A program made the translations under genes and the position numbers. DNA of 56,832 nt, counting the filler, from Streblomastix strix (lineage: Eukaryota), in the NCBI GenBank assembly GCA_008636045.1. It is 3 parts of 3 records of this genome, joined end to end, with 100 filler letters (N's around TTAATTAATTAA, not from the genome) between each part and the next. Parts side by side here need not be neighbours in the genome. Positions count along the whole stretch, not along the records: positions 1 to 18,879 come from SNRW01000565.1; 2 more parts are not named here. One strand, written 5' to 3'. Within the stretch, counting starts at the first letter, position 1; each line of letters opens with the position of its first letter. The notes beneath the pieces were generated by a model, which made no database searches, was not told the origin of the DNA, and saw nothing but the letters and a program-made list of their open reading frames with translations. Positions 1-12,895 of the stretch are shown in pieces.

Positions 1-1844
1 TCATGTTCGTTTAATAGTGCAAAATTCACGATACTAAATTAACCAACTCTTGAAAGAATTGATAATGACCTTGGATATAATAAAGATAATGTAAGATTTG
101 CTTATTAATACTGTAATGTTGCAAGATCTAACAGAGATGCTAAAATTATAAGATTAAAAATATAACTTAAATGAAATTACTTAGCAAAAGGATTACCAAT
201 GCCAATTCCTTGTGAAGATACTTTTCATGTCTTAAGAAATGGAATTATTGGTGGAATAGCAAATGTTAATCATTGATTTAATATTAAAAGTGAAATTCAT
301 ATTAATAAGATGAAGTTGGAAAATGATTAGGTCATCAGTTATGATTTAGATAATATAATGACTCATATAACTGGAGTTGATTTTAATTCTTTGTATCCAG
401 CAGTTTTCAGCGGAATGAAGCATGAATTCATTAAATATACAGGTCATTAGATTTATATGCTAAGTTATGAATTAGAAAGATGTGAAATAGCAAATTAATC
501 GCGAAGTGATACAGGCAAAGCTCTAACATAGTCAGTAAACAATAAGTTTTCAGAATAAGATAAGTAAACGGCATTACAAATAATTAATAATCCATTACGA
601 TTCTCATAGAATAAATCTGATATTGCTAAAGTAACGGTTTTCCTTACTGAAATTAAAGGACATATCGATGAGTAACATAACAATGATTATATTAGTTGTC
701 TACCTATAATTAGGAAATTAAAATTCAGATGTTTAGAAAATGTAATAGGTAAATATATGTATGAGCATTTAGTAAAAAATAATTTACCTAGAAATCAAGA
801 AAAATGCAAGCTTACATCTTTATTATCAACTATGGAATAATTTATGAGTTTCAGTTCTTATTATCTTTGGTTTCTTATTGATGATTATCATTTTTTAGTT
901 GATTAAGTTAAATATATCATGAATTTTTCTAAGCATCTAGAAATTGCACCATTCGTATAACATTTCAGTTAATAACGTTTTAAAGTTAAGTTAGAAAAGA
1001 ATAAAGGATTAGAATATAACGGTAAGATTTCAATGAATAGTTCATATGATAGTGATGGTATGAATCAAGAATAATTTACAGATGTCAAGATGTGTGATAG
1101 AAATGAAACTTTTAGAGCTCCATCATATAAAAAATTCAAAAGTGATCGTAAATTTGCTGATAATGTTCATACTATTGAGTATGAGAAAAACAAATTTAAT
1201 TGTAGTACTTGAGTTTAAGTTACATGTGCAGTATTAGATTGTGCAAAAAATATTTATATGAATTTTTACTATAATTTTATAGTACATTGCTTGTATAGTA
1301 GTAAATTTCATTTCGTTTATGGTGATACTGATTCAATGATATTAGCTATTACCAAAAATCCATATAATGATTATAATCAAGGATTCTCTGAGACTGTTAT
1401 TGATTAATAATTATATGTTGAGAATTTCTATAAATTCTTCCCTGATCCTAGTAAAGGAGTTTATGATGAGAAGAAGTTACTTGGTGTTGCTTATGAACAT
1501 TGTGGGTCATCGTTAGTTGCATTAGTAGCAAAGAATTATTGGTTGAAGATCTTGATAAGAAACATCCTTTTATAATAAGATTTAAATGACTTAATTTAAA
1601 TTCTAATCCACAAATTAATAAAGAAACTTATGAAAATAATATTTAGAACTGAAAAGTAATAAAAGGTAAAAATATTTCATTAAAATTGCATCAAGGGAAA
1701 ATGAGTTAGAATGAAGTATTTAAGAATGGAACTACTGGTATTCATACGAAAATGATTGTATTACCTAATTAATGCTGTTGACCGTTTATTTATTAGTAAA
1801 CTACAGAAAATTATATAGTTTACAGTAATTCTACAAGTTTCTGA
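1..1844 (+). pseudogene. Family B (Polinton-type, likely protein-primed) DNA polymerase, C-terminal part
   Basis: Code-6 frame 1 gives PTLERIDNDLGYNKDNV..YCN (nuclease insert), motif A GVDFNSLYP (~373-399), motif B KISMNSSYD (~1024-1050) and motif C YGDTDS (1318-1335). In-frame TGAs (172, 274) and a frameshift near 1545. Confidence 0.92.
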
Positions 1845-1926
1845 TAAATATATTATTTAATGATTTTATTAGTAAATTTATATTATTATTTTTGGACATT
1901 AAAATTTATCGCTTAACATAATTTTC

Positions 1927-3231
1927 ATGCTCCTAGGAGTAAACCATAAGCATAAATTCTTGATGAATTTCTCAAAAGATTTGACAGAACCAAGAAATAA
2001 ATAGAGATTGCAGAAGATTCTATGATACTATTGATATAAACCATTTTAAAATAACCGCATCGATTAAATCCTACAGAATTTGTTAATGAAATATAAACTT
2101 AAGATTCTGTTAAAGAAATTCCAGTTATCATTGAAAATGCAGATAAAATTCAATATGGTGGCAAAACTGTTTAAGACTGGTTTAATGATTATATTGCAAA
2201 AGAGTTGTAGAAAGGTAAGAAGAGATAAAAATTTCAGATTGCCATTAGAAAAAACCTCTTAGTAAACGTAGCATATAAAATTTCAATTCAAATACAAGGT
2301 GAACGCATATGAATAAGTACATGGAATTAATCTAAAGGATGATAAATAATAATCTGTAGTTCTTGATTATTAAATTAAATATTTAACATAAAAATTTGGA
2401 TGAGTATTTTTTTCATATTGTTTTGTTTCTTAGGAAATTGATGAAGTATTTTTAATGAATCCTGAATTAGTTAGAATTAATTAAATTTATTTATTCTGTA
2501 TCAACATCAATACAAATATCTTATTATATATCCTTTACATAGTAAATCATAGGAAGATATTGTAAAAGCATTGAAAAATTTGGTATAAACTTAGAATGTA
2601 ACACAAATCAGAGGTGATGGTGAAAAAGAATTTACCAGCAATTAACTTATGCAATTTTATAACAAAAATGGTATTAATACTTATTTTGTAAATGGTTCTC
2701 AAGAATTAACTAATCATAATAATATAGTTGATTTTGTAATAAGAACAACAAGAAATGTTTTTGGACAATATGGAAGAGATTTTTCTAATCTCAAGTTAAT
2801 GTAATAAATGGTTGATCTTTACAATTATACTCCTCATGGTGCATTTGAAAATAAATTTACACCGAAGTAAGTGAACAGTTAATAAGAGCTTGAAGCTTAT
2901 TTCATAAGGAAGAATGATAAAAAATTACGAGAAGTTAAATAAAAATAATAAGAAGATGGAATAACTAAATATAAACCAGGAAATTTTTTTAATGATTCAT
3001 GTTGATTATTTACGTACAATGCATCTATACACGAAATAAAGAAGAAATTTCAATGAATTAGCCAAGTTTATTAAATATGATGATGGAAATGTAGAATATA
3101 TACTATTAAAACTATTTTCTGATTTAGATAGGATAATAGTACAATTATATTATACAAAGTATATCTATGAAAATGAATAACAATTAAATTAACCTAAATT
3201 TTTAAAATTCAAATTGTAATTTTTTAATTGA
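1927..3231 (+). pseudogene. Retroviral-type (rve) integrase
   Basis: EID...YLFCININT(K)YL...IRGDGEKEF...NHNNIVDFVIRT...YNYTPH is the Polinton c-integrase core. Several stops and frameshifts. Confidence 0.88.
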
Positions 3232-3719
3232 ATCAACATTCGATTTAAATTTTATTTTTTAAAAATATAATTTCTTTAACATTCAAAATCTTTATTTATC
3301 TAAATCGAAAGCAAAAAAATAAATTTATAACTTTCTGAATTAAAATGGAATAAAATTTTAATTTACCGCCATTAAATGATGAAATTTAATAAAAATATCA
3401 ATAAATTGTAAAAATTTTTGCTCATGCAAGAAGATAATACTAATATAAAATTAAAGGAGAAGTTAATTAATTAGTTATATAAAAACGGAAGCAATTCTTA
3501 CTAAAATATGCACAGTATAAACGAAATTTTAAATCAATAGCGAAGGATTCAAAAATTCTTCTCATATAGAGGTTATAAGATATAATAATTCCAAATGAAA
3601 TATAAATATTATAAACACATGAAATTTTAAACAAATACGATAAAAATTTAAACAAAAATGATGATTATGAATTGCAAAGCGATATGGAAAAAATTTGAAA
3701 CTACTGCTCACTTCGTCAT

Positions 3720-4690
3720 CAGTGACGACAAAAGAAGTCACTTATGTAGAGGTTTCTTTCCTTTCTTTTTTTTGTAATTTACCTTATTCATAGGTAGATT
3801 TCAATAATTAACTTGTTGAGACAATTTTTTTAGGGTTTTGATTTCTTTTCGCCAGGTTTTTTTTTGAGTTTTTTTTGACAGTTGCTGCCAATGAACCATC
3901 TGCATTCATCAAATTACCAGTTTTTTGAGTTTTGTATTACTATCTGTTATATACATCATTAACTGGCATTCTTCCCTAATCTAATGAACCAGCATCATAT
4001 ATTTAAGCAAGATGTTCCTATTATACAAGATCTTTTTCAATTGCTTATTATTATTTTTCTATGAGTTTCTCCTGCATTAACGGCATAGTTGGTGGTTAAT
4101 CAAACAATGAACTTTATCCATATTCATCTTAAGTTTGAATACCACATATGTCATCTACTCTTTAATTTTCCTTTTCTTTTTACTTCTACGATCGTGAACA
4201 CACAGTATCATTATTTATTTGTTCTGGACTTATTTATGATGAACTACTTTCTAATTATATTGATGGATAATCTAATCTAGCATTAGGATTTTATTAATAT
4301 CGTTAAAAATTCTCCACAAATTTTCCTGTAACTAATTTTTCTTCATTATTTAGCATTATTGTATACCCAAAGAATTCTGATCTTAAATCTTCACCAAACT
4401 ATTGCCCTTAGGCTAGTCTATTATATGTTTTATTAGTTAAGCCTAGTATCCCTACTAATCCTTCATGTAGAGGTATTGATGGTTCAATAGCTATAATTTA
4501 ATCTACAAATCTTTATTCTTATTTTATGGACATACCTTTTTTAAGTTTTGTTCTTTAATTTTTTAACATTTATGGAATTCTTGCAACTCTAGTAAGATCA
4601 ACTTCTTCACCATCTATAAACATAGATTTTCTTAATGCCATTTCTTCTTCTCATGTTTAAGGAATTACTGGTACTGTATGCTTTCTTTTA
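3720..4690 (-). pseudogene. Viral hypothetical protein with Q-rich middle and basic C-terminus
   Basis: Long code-6 open stretch (MALRKSMFIDGEEVDLTRVARIPQ...LMNADGSLAATVKK) with defects at both ends. Boundaries approximate. Confidence 0.5.
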
Positions 4691-4904
4691 GTTATTATTA
4701 TTTTAAAATTGAATACAAATACGTATAAAACAAATATAACGGTGAATTGGAATTTTATAATAACTATTTCATCATATATATATCTCGTTGTATAGATCGT
4801 TAACTTATTTAATAAAAAATGATCAGAAAATCGAAGATTTACTGTAGATCTACAATCTTCAGAAATGAACGATATTTTCTTATTTTTGATTTTAATAAAA
4901 CAAA

Positions 4905-6690
4905 ATGCTAATTAATGTTGAAGAATTTCTTGTTTACTCTAATTTTTTAAGTTCATTGTTATGTGTTGCAACAAAATCAGATCCTAAAATTGAATTACGC
5001 TTTATCCAACGATAATTCAATAAATAATTTAAGATGGAATAACTAAAGGAAATCATTATGATTGCATAAGAAACAAGAGGATAAGAAGCTTCATTAAAAC
5101 TTATCTAATTCATTAACGAATGGTGATTACAAGAACATATTTACTCAATTTTAGCTGATTATCGAAGACTTACTGCATTATTTCGTAATTCAGATTAATC
5201 ACTTCGTGAGTATCAACTTTATTTGCGGCTTAAAGATTATTTTTGTTTATTGTTTAAAGATGGCATAACTTGTTTTATAAATTATTTGTACTGACTCAGA
5301 TTCTAACAATATAACTTGGAAAACATCAATTCCAAGTGGTTCTATGTCATTTTAAGTAAATTCTCTTAATAATATGACGATTAATCTTACATATTACCTG
5401 AATTAAAAATTTCTTGAAATACAATATAATATGAAATTAACAGCAAATAAGAAATTATGTGAATAAATATAAAATCCCTATTGATCAAACAAATTAATTA
5501 AATTATCAGAAATTCCAGTAATAAAAATAAATTTTAACATAACAATAAATAACTGATTCACTAATAAATAGAATTATCAACGATAACAATATGCACAATT
5601 AATAATATGTATTTCAACAGCATAATAAGATGATTTTGTTTATACTTAATATAATTTTTCAGAACTTTGAATTCAAGTAATCGAGGAGCAATCTGATTTA
5701 ATAATGCTGTTAATTAACACACTAAGAAAATATCTGATGAAAAATTCACATTGAATTTTAATGATGGATAAGATATTGTATCATTGGCATTTAGTTATAT
5801 AAATCTGAGATTATATTCACTTCTTTATTAGAACTATATATAATCTAACGGTTGTTTCTATAGATTAATTGGTATAATTCGTTTGTATTGTTCAACAATC
5901 AATAATTTCATAACAACTATTGAACCATTCTTGACAACAACATCAGTTCATTCGGTTAAAATAAGATATTTACATGGGAAGTAATATAATATCAATGATG
6001 ATAACACAAAATAAGAAGTGATTGCTTTATTAATGAATATTTAAGAAATTTCTATGTATTCAATCTTAAACAGTGTCAATACATTCCTAATAAGGACAAT
6101 TTCGTCATTTCTGGTTAGAATTCTAATGATTGGGACTTAATATATACTGCTGTTAACAGACTTTAGTATAACAGCTAATATATTCCTGATGTATTAACTT
6201 AGTTATCATCTATGAATTACATAGGCAATGCATAATTGTTATTGTAACCAAGGAGATTACCTCTATTTATTTATTTTCGTACTTGAACTAATGGAAATAC
6301 TCACTATGAAAATAATTCGATTCGGAGTAACTTGGTTTTTCTTAAGATTTTTCTTATGAATCCATACCTACCTTCATCTTCAAGAAATCAGAACTTTCCT
6401 GTGTCATCATGCGATTCAGACATTGTATTTTTAATTTCTTTCTTCTATGATAAGTGAATTGATACATATATATATATATATATATATATTAATTGGAACT
6501 AGAATCACATCAAAATAACACCATAATTATTTTATTAATGATATTATTTAAGTTAATTACTTAGGCATTGATAAAGATATTATAGATAATATGAAGTTAA
6601 CTTCAAAATAAAAAGAATTAATAAAAATTACTATAATGTTTAACATATATCTTAAAAGAAGTTTTCAAACAATTAATTGCTTTGTTTTAT
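4905..6690 (+). pseudogene. Degraded viral ORF(s) upstream of the ATPase
   Basis: Coding-like frames. The 3' part (GTRITSKQHHNYF...DKDIIDNMKLT) is homologous to the ORF end preceding the ATPase in element 2 (GTNTISKQLHNVF...DTDIIDVIKLT). Contains a (TA)n tract at ~6467-6488. Confidence 0.5.
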
Positions 6691-6700
6691 AATAAATATA

Positions 6701-7480
6701 ATGACATTATCCGAGATATAATCTGTAACATTAACCAATAATTTTATGTTAGATGAATATAAAACTAAGCCATTGACAAGGAATTCATTATTCATAATCA
6801 ATGGGAATCATTATATAGTTGGTGCAGTTAGTTCAGAAAAAACTACTTTATTAAGAAAATTAATAGTAATTTATAAATAAAGAATCTATCCGTTCATTAT
6901 ACACTTCTCTAATTTTGGTGCTAATGAGACTATGGCATTGAATCTAAACTCTAAGAATATCGTATTAACTAATATAACATATGATGAAGCTATGTATTTC
7001 TTACCAAATTTTGATGAAATCAAGTACATGGTAAAAGAAATCTATACGTATTGGAAACTAAGAGAAGTTAATGTACCTTATAAATCAGAATTAGTATAAC
7101 GAATGAAAGAAAGAATATTAATAATCAATCCAATTATAGAAAAGTTGAAAGAATCTTAAAAAGACTATGTAAAACGAATTGCATATTTATTTTAATAAGA
7201 ATGTATCGATATAATTATCAAATACAGTGTTCCAACAAAAATAATGAGATTTACTATTCCTGCAATAATTCATTATATATAATTCGAAAAAAAACTAAAA
7301 ATCGTACCATAAGATACAAGTGCTGATGCCGTATTAAAAGTAATAAAAATTCCAATATTATTTTACAGTTTTTTATTAAATTTATTACTAATTTTTTATG
7401 ATATTGTATCAAATATTAGAAATCAGATTAAGTCAATGAATGAATCGCTAAAATCTATTATTAACTCAATGTTTTAGCTA
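6701..7480 (+). pseudogene. A32/FtsK-HerA-like genome packaging ATPase, decayed and 3'-truncated
   Basis: MTLSEIQ..EYKTKPLTRNSLFIINGNHYIVGAVSSEKTT is homologous to the 34169 gene, but Walker A and Walker B (LIFYD) are mutated. Runs abruptly into fibre sequence. Confidence 0.85.
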
Positions 7481-7499
7481 ATATCGTTTGAATAATGAA

Positions 7500-8730
7500 A
7501 AACTTGGATTTATTAGACAATGATTTCCTTGGAAAAAATAGCAACATTAGAATAAGAAGTTAATGTAACATAATAAACATTTGGAACTGCAACTTAAGAT
7601 ATTGGTGGTTTATAATAATAAATTAATGTAATTAATGAAGAACTTAATAGATAATCACATTTTAGAGGATACTATTTATTGAACTCTGATATATATATAT
7701 ATTATCAAATTCTGCTAATGATGATTTTACATTCTTTGCTGAAAGTGGAACTGTATGAATGTATGATTAGAATTGGTATAATAGTGGAGATATAGTTCCT
7801 GATTAAGTAACACCTGCAAGTGATGCTACTCCATTAGTTGATAGTGAAACTGGAGTTACAGGAACTTCAACTGAGTATTCTCGTGGAGATCATTAACATC
7901 CACTATAAGTATCTACTGTATTACCCGCAAAATATACTGCCACTGGAGATGAAGGTGCAGCAAGTACTTATGCCAGATCTGATCATTAACATCCAATATA
8001 GACTGTAGATACTATTCCAGTTAGTGATTCAGCAGATGGATCATATGGTACAGTTGAGTCATATACTAGAAATGATCATTCTCATCCAATTAATGTTGAA
8101 ACTAATGCTTCAATTATACCCATAGTTGATGGAGTTGGAAATAATGGTACTTCAGCATATTATTCAAGACATGATCATATTCATCTTTAATAATTAACTT
8201 ATGATAGTAATGTAACAGCAACTAAATTTATTAAGACAGGTGGAACAAATCAATAGATATTATTAGCTGATGGATAAAATAAAGCAATAATAAATTTTAA
8301 TACAAGTGTTGCACCAAGAGCATATCAAATTGATCCTGCTGATGGTATATATTGGATGTGTTTTGCTATATTAAATATATCTAAATTTACTTCAAATTAC
8401 GTTTTAAATGCAGGAGCAAGTACTTCATTTGCAGGCGTTACCTCAGGTACTATTTATATAAATCCTATGTCAGTTAATTTTGTTGGTGGTTTAAGAATTT
8501 CAAAAACAGTATAAAGAACAGGTAGTGCTGCAATTTAGTTAGGTTGTAGTAGAACCGTAAATACAGTATAGATAGCAGGATAATGGGCTATTTATACATC
8601 TCCAAGTAACTATGTTAATAATCCATTAGGTTTTATAATAGTATTGGCATCTGAAGCAAGTGATAATACTAGAGGATTACGAATAAGTGTTGATAGAAAT
8701 ACATTTAGATTCAATGGACGTGTATTATGA
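7500..8730 (+). pseudogene. Phage-tail-fibre-like protein (N-terminus deleted)
   Basis: HFRGYYLLN..WYNSGDIVPDQVTPAS, four YxRxDHxH repeats, KFIKTGGTNQQILLADG, then a GLRI..GQW..FNG module ending at TGA 8728-8730. Homologous to 30705-32945. Confidence 0.78.
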
Positions 8731-8767
8731 AACTCGTAGAGTTATATTAAATCCTCGATTTTCAAAA

Positions 8768-9605
8768 ATGTTAATAATTTATTTAATATTAAATATTTCA
8801 AAACTATTTAAATAATTTTTCAATGAACTTGAAAAAACACACTATGAAGACGAAGATTTAATAAGAACAACGATAGAAACTTTATAAAATCTGTAGATGA
8901 AAAGTAAATATGATTCATAACATATTTTATTTAAGGAATTAATAAAAATTAATAAGTAATTCACAACATAATAGAGTAAATTATTGTCAATGAAATTATT
9001 TGTTGAAGATGACTATAAAATAAAATATACGGTGAGAATAATAAGTACTATATAAATAAATATAATCAAATAAAGAAGAAGATGGATTTGAATTAACAAC
9101 CATAATAAATAAAGAAACATATTATATCTGAAACAACAGAAGAAGAAAAATAGATACATAATTAATTTATTAAAGATATGGACAATCAACCATTTTTTGG
9201 AAACTATTAATTAACTCAACTAACTCTCACAAAAAACTAAGATTTACGTAGTTTATATTATTCTCACGATATTCTAAAAATTCCGAGTGCAGATTAGTTT
9301 CACGAAGCTAATTAGAGACTATCTAAGTAGCGAAGTTAAGTTGTGGTTTCCTATATATCATCCCTTATAATTCCAAATAATTCATTACATTCTTATTTTT
9401 TCTATTCATTGAACTATTTTTGATAATCACCTAATTCCATATCATCAACCAATGCTTCAAAGATTTTAAACACATCATATTCTGTACATTATGAGTTTTA
9501 CCAAGAGTACATGCAAAGTAATATAAATCTTCCATTGGTGAAGTCAAATACGAAGTTTGTAGGATTTATTATTGAGTTTATTATTAGAAAAAAATTTTTA
9601 TTGAT
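8768..9605 (+). pseudogene. Viral hypothetical protein following the fibre gene
   Basis: QPQQIKKHIISETTEEEKQIHNQF matches QPQQIKKYIISEAIEEEKQIYNQF in the 33005 ORF. C-termini differ. Confidence 0.6.
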
Positions 9606-9614
9606 TAATATAAA

Positions 9615-9820
9615 TCTTCGTTTTTTTAAGTATGAATCTACTTTTCCAGCAATATTTCCAATTGTACCGATAACCCCACCAATTCCTGGATGTAACGTAC
9701 TTACTGGTCCACTTAAACAACGATAACTTTATGAATTGTTGGGGCCAGTCAACTTGCAGCTTTCTTAACATCAGTTAATATTTTGGAACCAAAATTTTTT
9801 AAGCCTGAGAAGAAACCCAT
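9615..9820 (-). pseudogene. Small amphipathic (adenovirus pVI-like) virion peptide
   Basis: MGFFSGLKNFGSKILTDVKKAAS*LAPTIHKV..LSGPVSTLHPGIGG. Homologue of 30472-30678 with one TGG>TGA stop and one frameshift. Confidence 0.75.
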
Positions 9821-9881
9821 ATTTATTTAATCAATAAAAATCTATTGATAGTTTTTATATAAGTAAGTAATTACATGAACA

Positions 9882-11846
9882 ATGAATTTCTCTGCAAATA
9901 ATTATCTATAAAAGCTCACATAATCATAACATTCTGATTATATTTCTTCATATACTGCATTGAATGAAGTTTTAAGATCTGCATCAATTCATCCTTAAAG
10001 TTTAGTTTTTAGTAGAGTTTGGTTTTTTGATTAACCAATTACTAAATTGACAAGTGATAGATAAAGATATACTCGTGCTCCATTAGGTGCTAGGGGGAGT
10101 GGTATATGTTCAATTGTATAAACTTGCTAGGCTAATTGGTAAATAACAATTCCAGCAGGTGGATTGGCATTATAAATTAATCATGCTGATTAAACAGCTA
10201 TAGCTGATACTGCAGTTTAATAAGCTGTAATTACATAACATAAAGTTAATTTTACAAGAAATGCTGATTATACATTTGATTATACCCTTACTATGGAAGC
10301 TAGAGCAAATTTTGATACATAATAATTATATATCACTTCAGAACATATCAAATTTTTGTTTGGATTTTCAACTGCTTGTGGACCATTTTAGTAATTTGCC
10401 ATTTGCAATGACAATACAAAACTATATGATACACCGATTTATGCAATAGAATAAGTCTTGATTACAGCAAATTCACTATCAAACTTATGTACAAATAATT
10501 CAGAGAATGTATCACCATTAGACTCAATAGTGGCTGGAAAAAGACATTGTGGAATATTTATTGATATCCCAGTAGCTGCATTCAGTGCAAATGCAGGTAG
10601 ATTCAACAATTTAATATCATTTCAAATAATATTTTTTTGGAGTACTTGATTTAAATCAATTGAATCCAATTTTCAATTCATTTCTGTTTAACGCGCAATT
10701 ATGCATCCTTATTTCTATAGTAATAGACTTAAAATTTCTTATAAGATCTGAAGATTATAAGGTTAATCAAGACTAATATGGTAACAAATGAACATCTTGC
10801 ATATTAAATGATTCCTCCAGAAAAGCCAGATAAAATTTTCCAAAGAAATCGTGATGATGTTGCATATGATACATACACTGTTAGAATTATTAATATGGAA
10901 GGAAAACTAAACACTGAAAAATTTCCTACCAATACGATTTCACAGATATTAGATGCAAAATTTGATAAAATTGACATAGGCAATGTAAGTTTCAATATGG
11001 AGAATGAAGAAGCAATTATAGATCTAATTCAAGCTAAAAAAAATAATTAATTATCCTGCATAAATTATTCATACATAATCTACAAATTTTCATTTCTGTG
11101 GCATTGATGAAAGTGGAGGTAATTTATAGAGTAAAATGTAATTTGCTAATATCAAATCAATGTATATAACGTTTACAATGAACTAATATTTTACTTGGTT
11201 CTTACTTGTTTTATTTTCGTGGTTTGATTTAATAATTGATTAGCGTCATCTAGTACCAGAATCTTACACTTCACTTAATCAAATAGTCTGTGGTTAAATG
11301 TTTAATAGTTTTTTAGATTAAGATGTTATAGCAGCACCTTCAGATTTTTATCATTCATTAACATTTGAAAACTGATCAATAAATGAATCAGAAAAAGATT
11401 ATTATGGTAAAATGGGTTCTGGAATAATAGATAGAGAAAATATATTCTATATAACTGCTTTATTCAGAAAAAGTAAAGCAACAAAAGTGTATTATCCTAA
11501 TAAGTTCATGCTTACATGGAAGATGGCTACAGATGATTCATTCATGAGCGGCTACAATTCATCTAAAATTGGCGCTAGAACTAATATTTATGTAACGTTA
11601 TAAGGCAGTTAAACTCCTGGAATCAATGAGAATTCACTAATTAATTCAGGAAAGTACCAGAACCATCACCAAATATTTTATGCAACTAGAAGTCATCCAT
11701 ATCCTAGAACTGCATACGTAACTCCATTGATGCATTATCTTTGTGATGCTATTGTTAGAGTTACTTTTAATGATGCACCAGATCCATAAGTTCTAACTTT
11801 AGAAGTGATTGGAGAATTAAGTGGAAAAATGGTATGAGCAGGATGA
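9882..11846 (+). pseudogene. Putative major capsid protein
   Basis: ~655 codons, colinear homology to 28423-30405 (YTRAPLGARG, STACGPF, GKRHCG, MIPPEKPD, YPNK..WK.ATDDSFM.G.NSS..GARTN). Carries stops and frameshifts. Capsid identity is inferred from size, conservation and context. Confidence 0.65.
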
Positions 11847-12895
11847 AAAATAATAATGAGTTAAAATTTTTTTTGTTAAATATGAAAACAAATATAGTTA
11901 AATTCTTAAGAAAAAACATTTGCAGAACTAATTATCATTAATAATCCAATTTTACTCTTATTTAGCAATATCTTTAGAAAATTAACGAGCGAAAACGTAA
12001 TCGAAATTATTCATTAAATCGGTTTTACTTCATAAAATGAAAATTTAAGATAATAAAAATATTTTAAATAATTTTATTTATTTTTATAATCATTTTAATC
12101 ACATCTTTTTTAGTAAATCACTCGATGACTCACTTAAGTAGACGAAATCTTAAGTGTCTACCTATTGCATTATTTTTGTTTTTTGATGTCTGCCAATCAC
12201 AAGCATGCTTAATTTTTTGTCTACCAACTAACAAGTATGCTTAATTTTTGTTCCACCAAAAATTTTTTTAACGCTTTTTTAAATTTCAATTTTTATAAAA
12301 TAAGGCATTTTTAGATGCTAAAAAGCTGGATTTGTGCTGATTTTATGAAATTGGTGTTAAAATCGATATTTACTATCGAAATGACTAGGAAAAAATGAAA
12401 AGTCCGATTTGCGCTATCTTTATACTATTAAATAAATAATGTAATCAAATAAGAAAATATTTCTTAAATTCACTGCATATTAATATACTTAATCATTTGA
12501 CCTAACTATTTATTTCTTCATTTTTTTTACAAAATTATTAATAATAATGAGATTTCCACTAAAAAATTCGATATATAAAAATATCAATTTTTAATTAGAT
12601 CAAATTGTATAATATTAATATTTATCTAATTTAATAATGATTATAAAATTTATATACGATTAATTTTTGTATAAGTTTTAATATTTAACATAAATAAATA
12701 TATAATTTTAGAAACTAAATTTCTTTTCTTAAATCATCTAATTACTCAGAATCGATTCAGCTTAATTAATATATGTTACCATATTTTATATTTTTAATAA
12801 AACATAAAGCTAATTTTATTTTAATGCTTGATTATACATTGCTCGTTAATTATTCTTTCATTAGATATATATTTTAATGGTATTTTCTTAAAGAA

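Larger units (their letters stand above)
1..12430. mobile_element. Endogenous Polinton/Maverick-like virus, element 1 (left-truncated by the contig start, decayed)
   Basis: Intron-less, densely packed cluster of polB, rve integrase, packaging ATPase, fibre, amphipathic peptide and capsid-like genes. Non-coding repeat-containing tail at ~12100-12430 precedes intron-bearing host genes. Right boundary approximate. Confidence 0.88.

Noticed and set aside
172..11836. In-frame TGA at Trp/Arg positions suggesting TGA reassignment
   Set aside because: TGA replaces several different residues (TGG, CGA and others), co-occurs with frameshifts and catalytic mutations, and ends intact genes. This is ordinary pseudogene decay.
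12110..12165. Hammerhead-ribozyme-like words (cgatga...gacgaaa...gtc)
   Set aside because: The core is not CUGANGA, and stems I and III cannot be formed convincingly.
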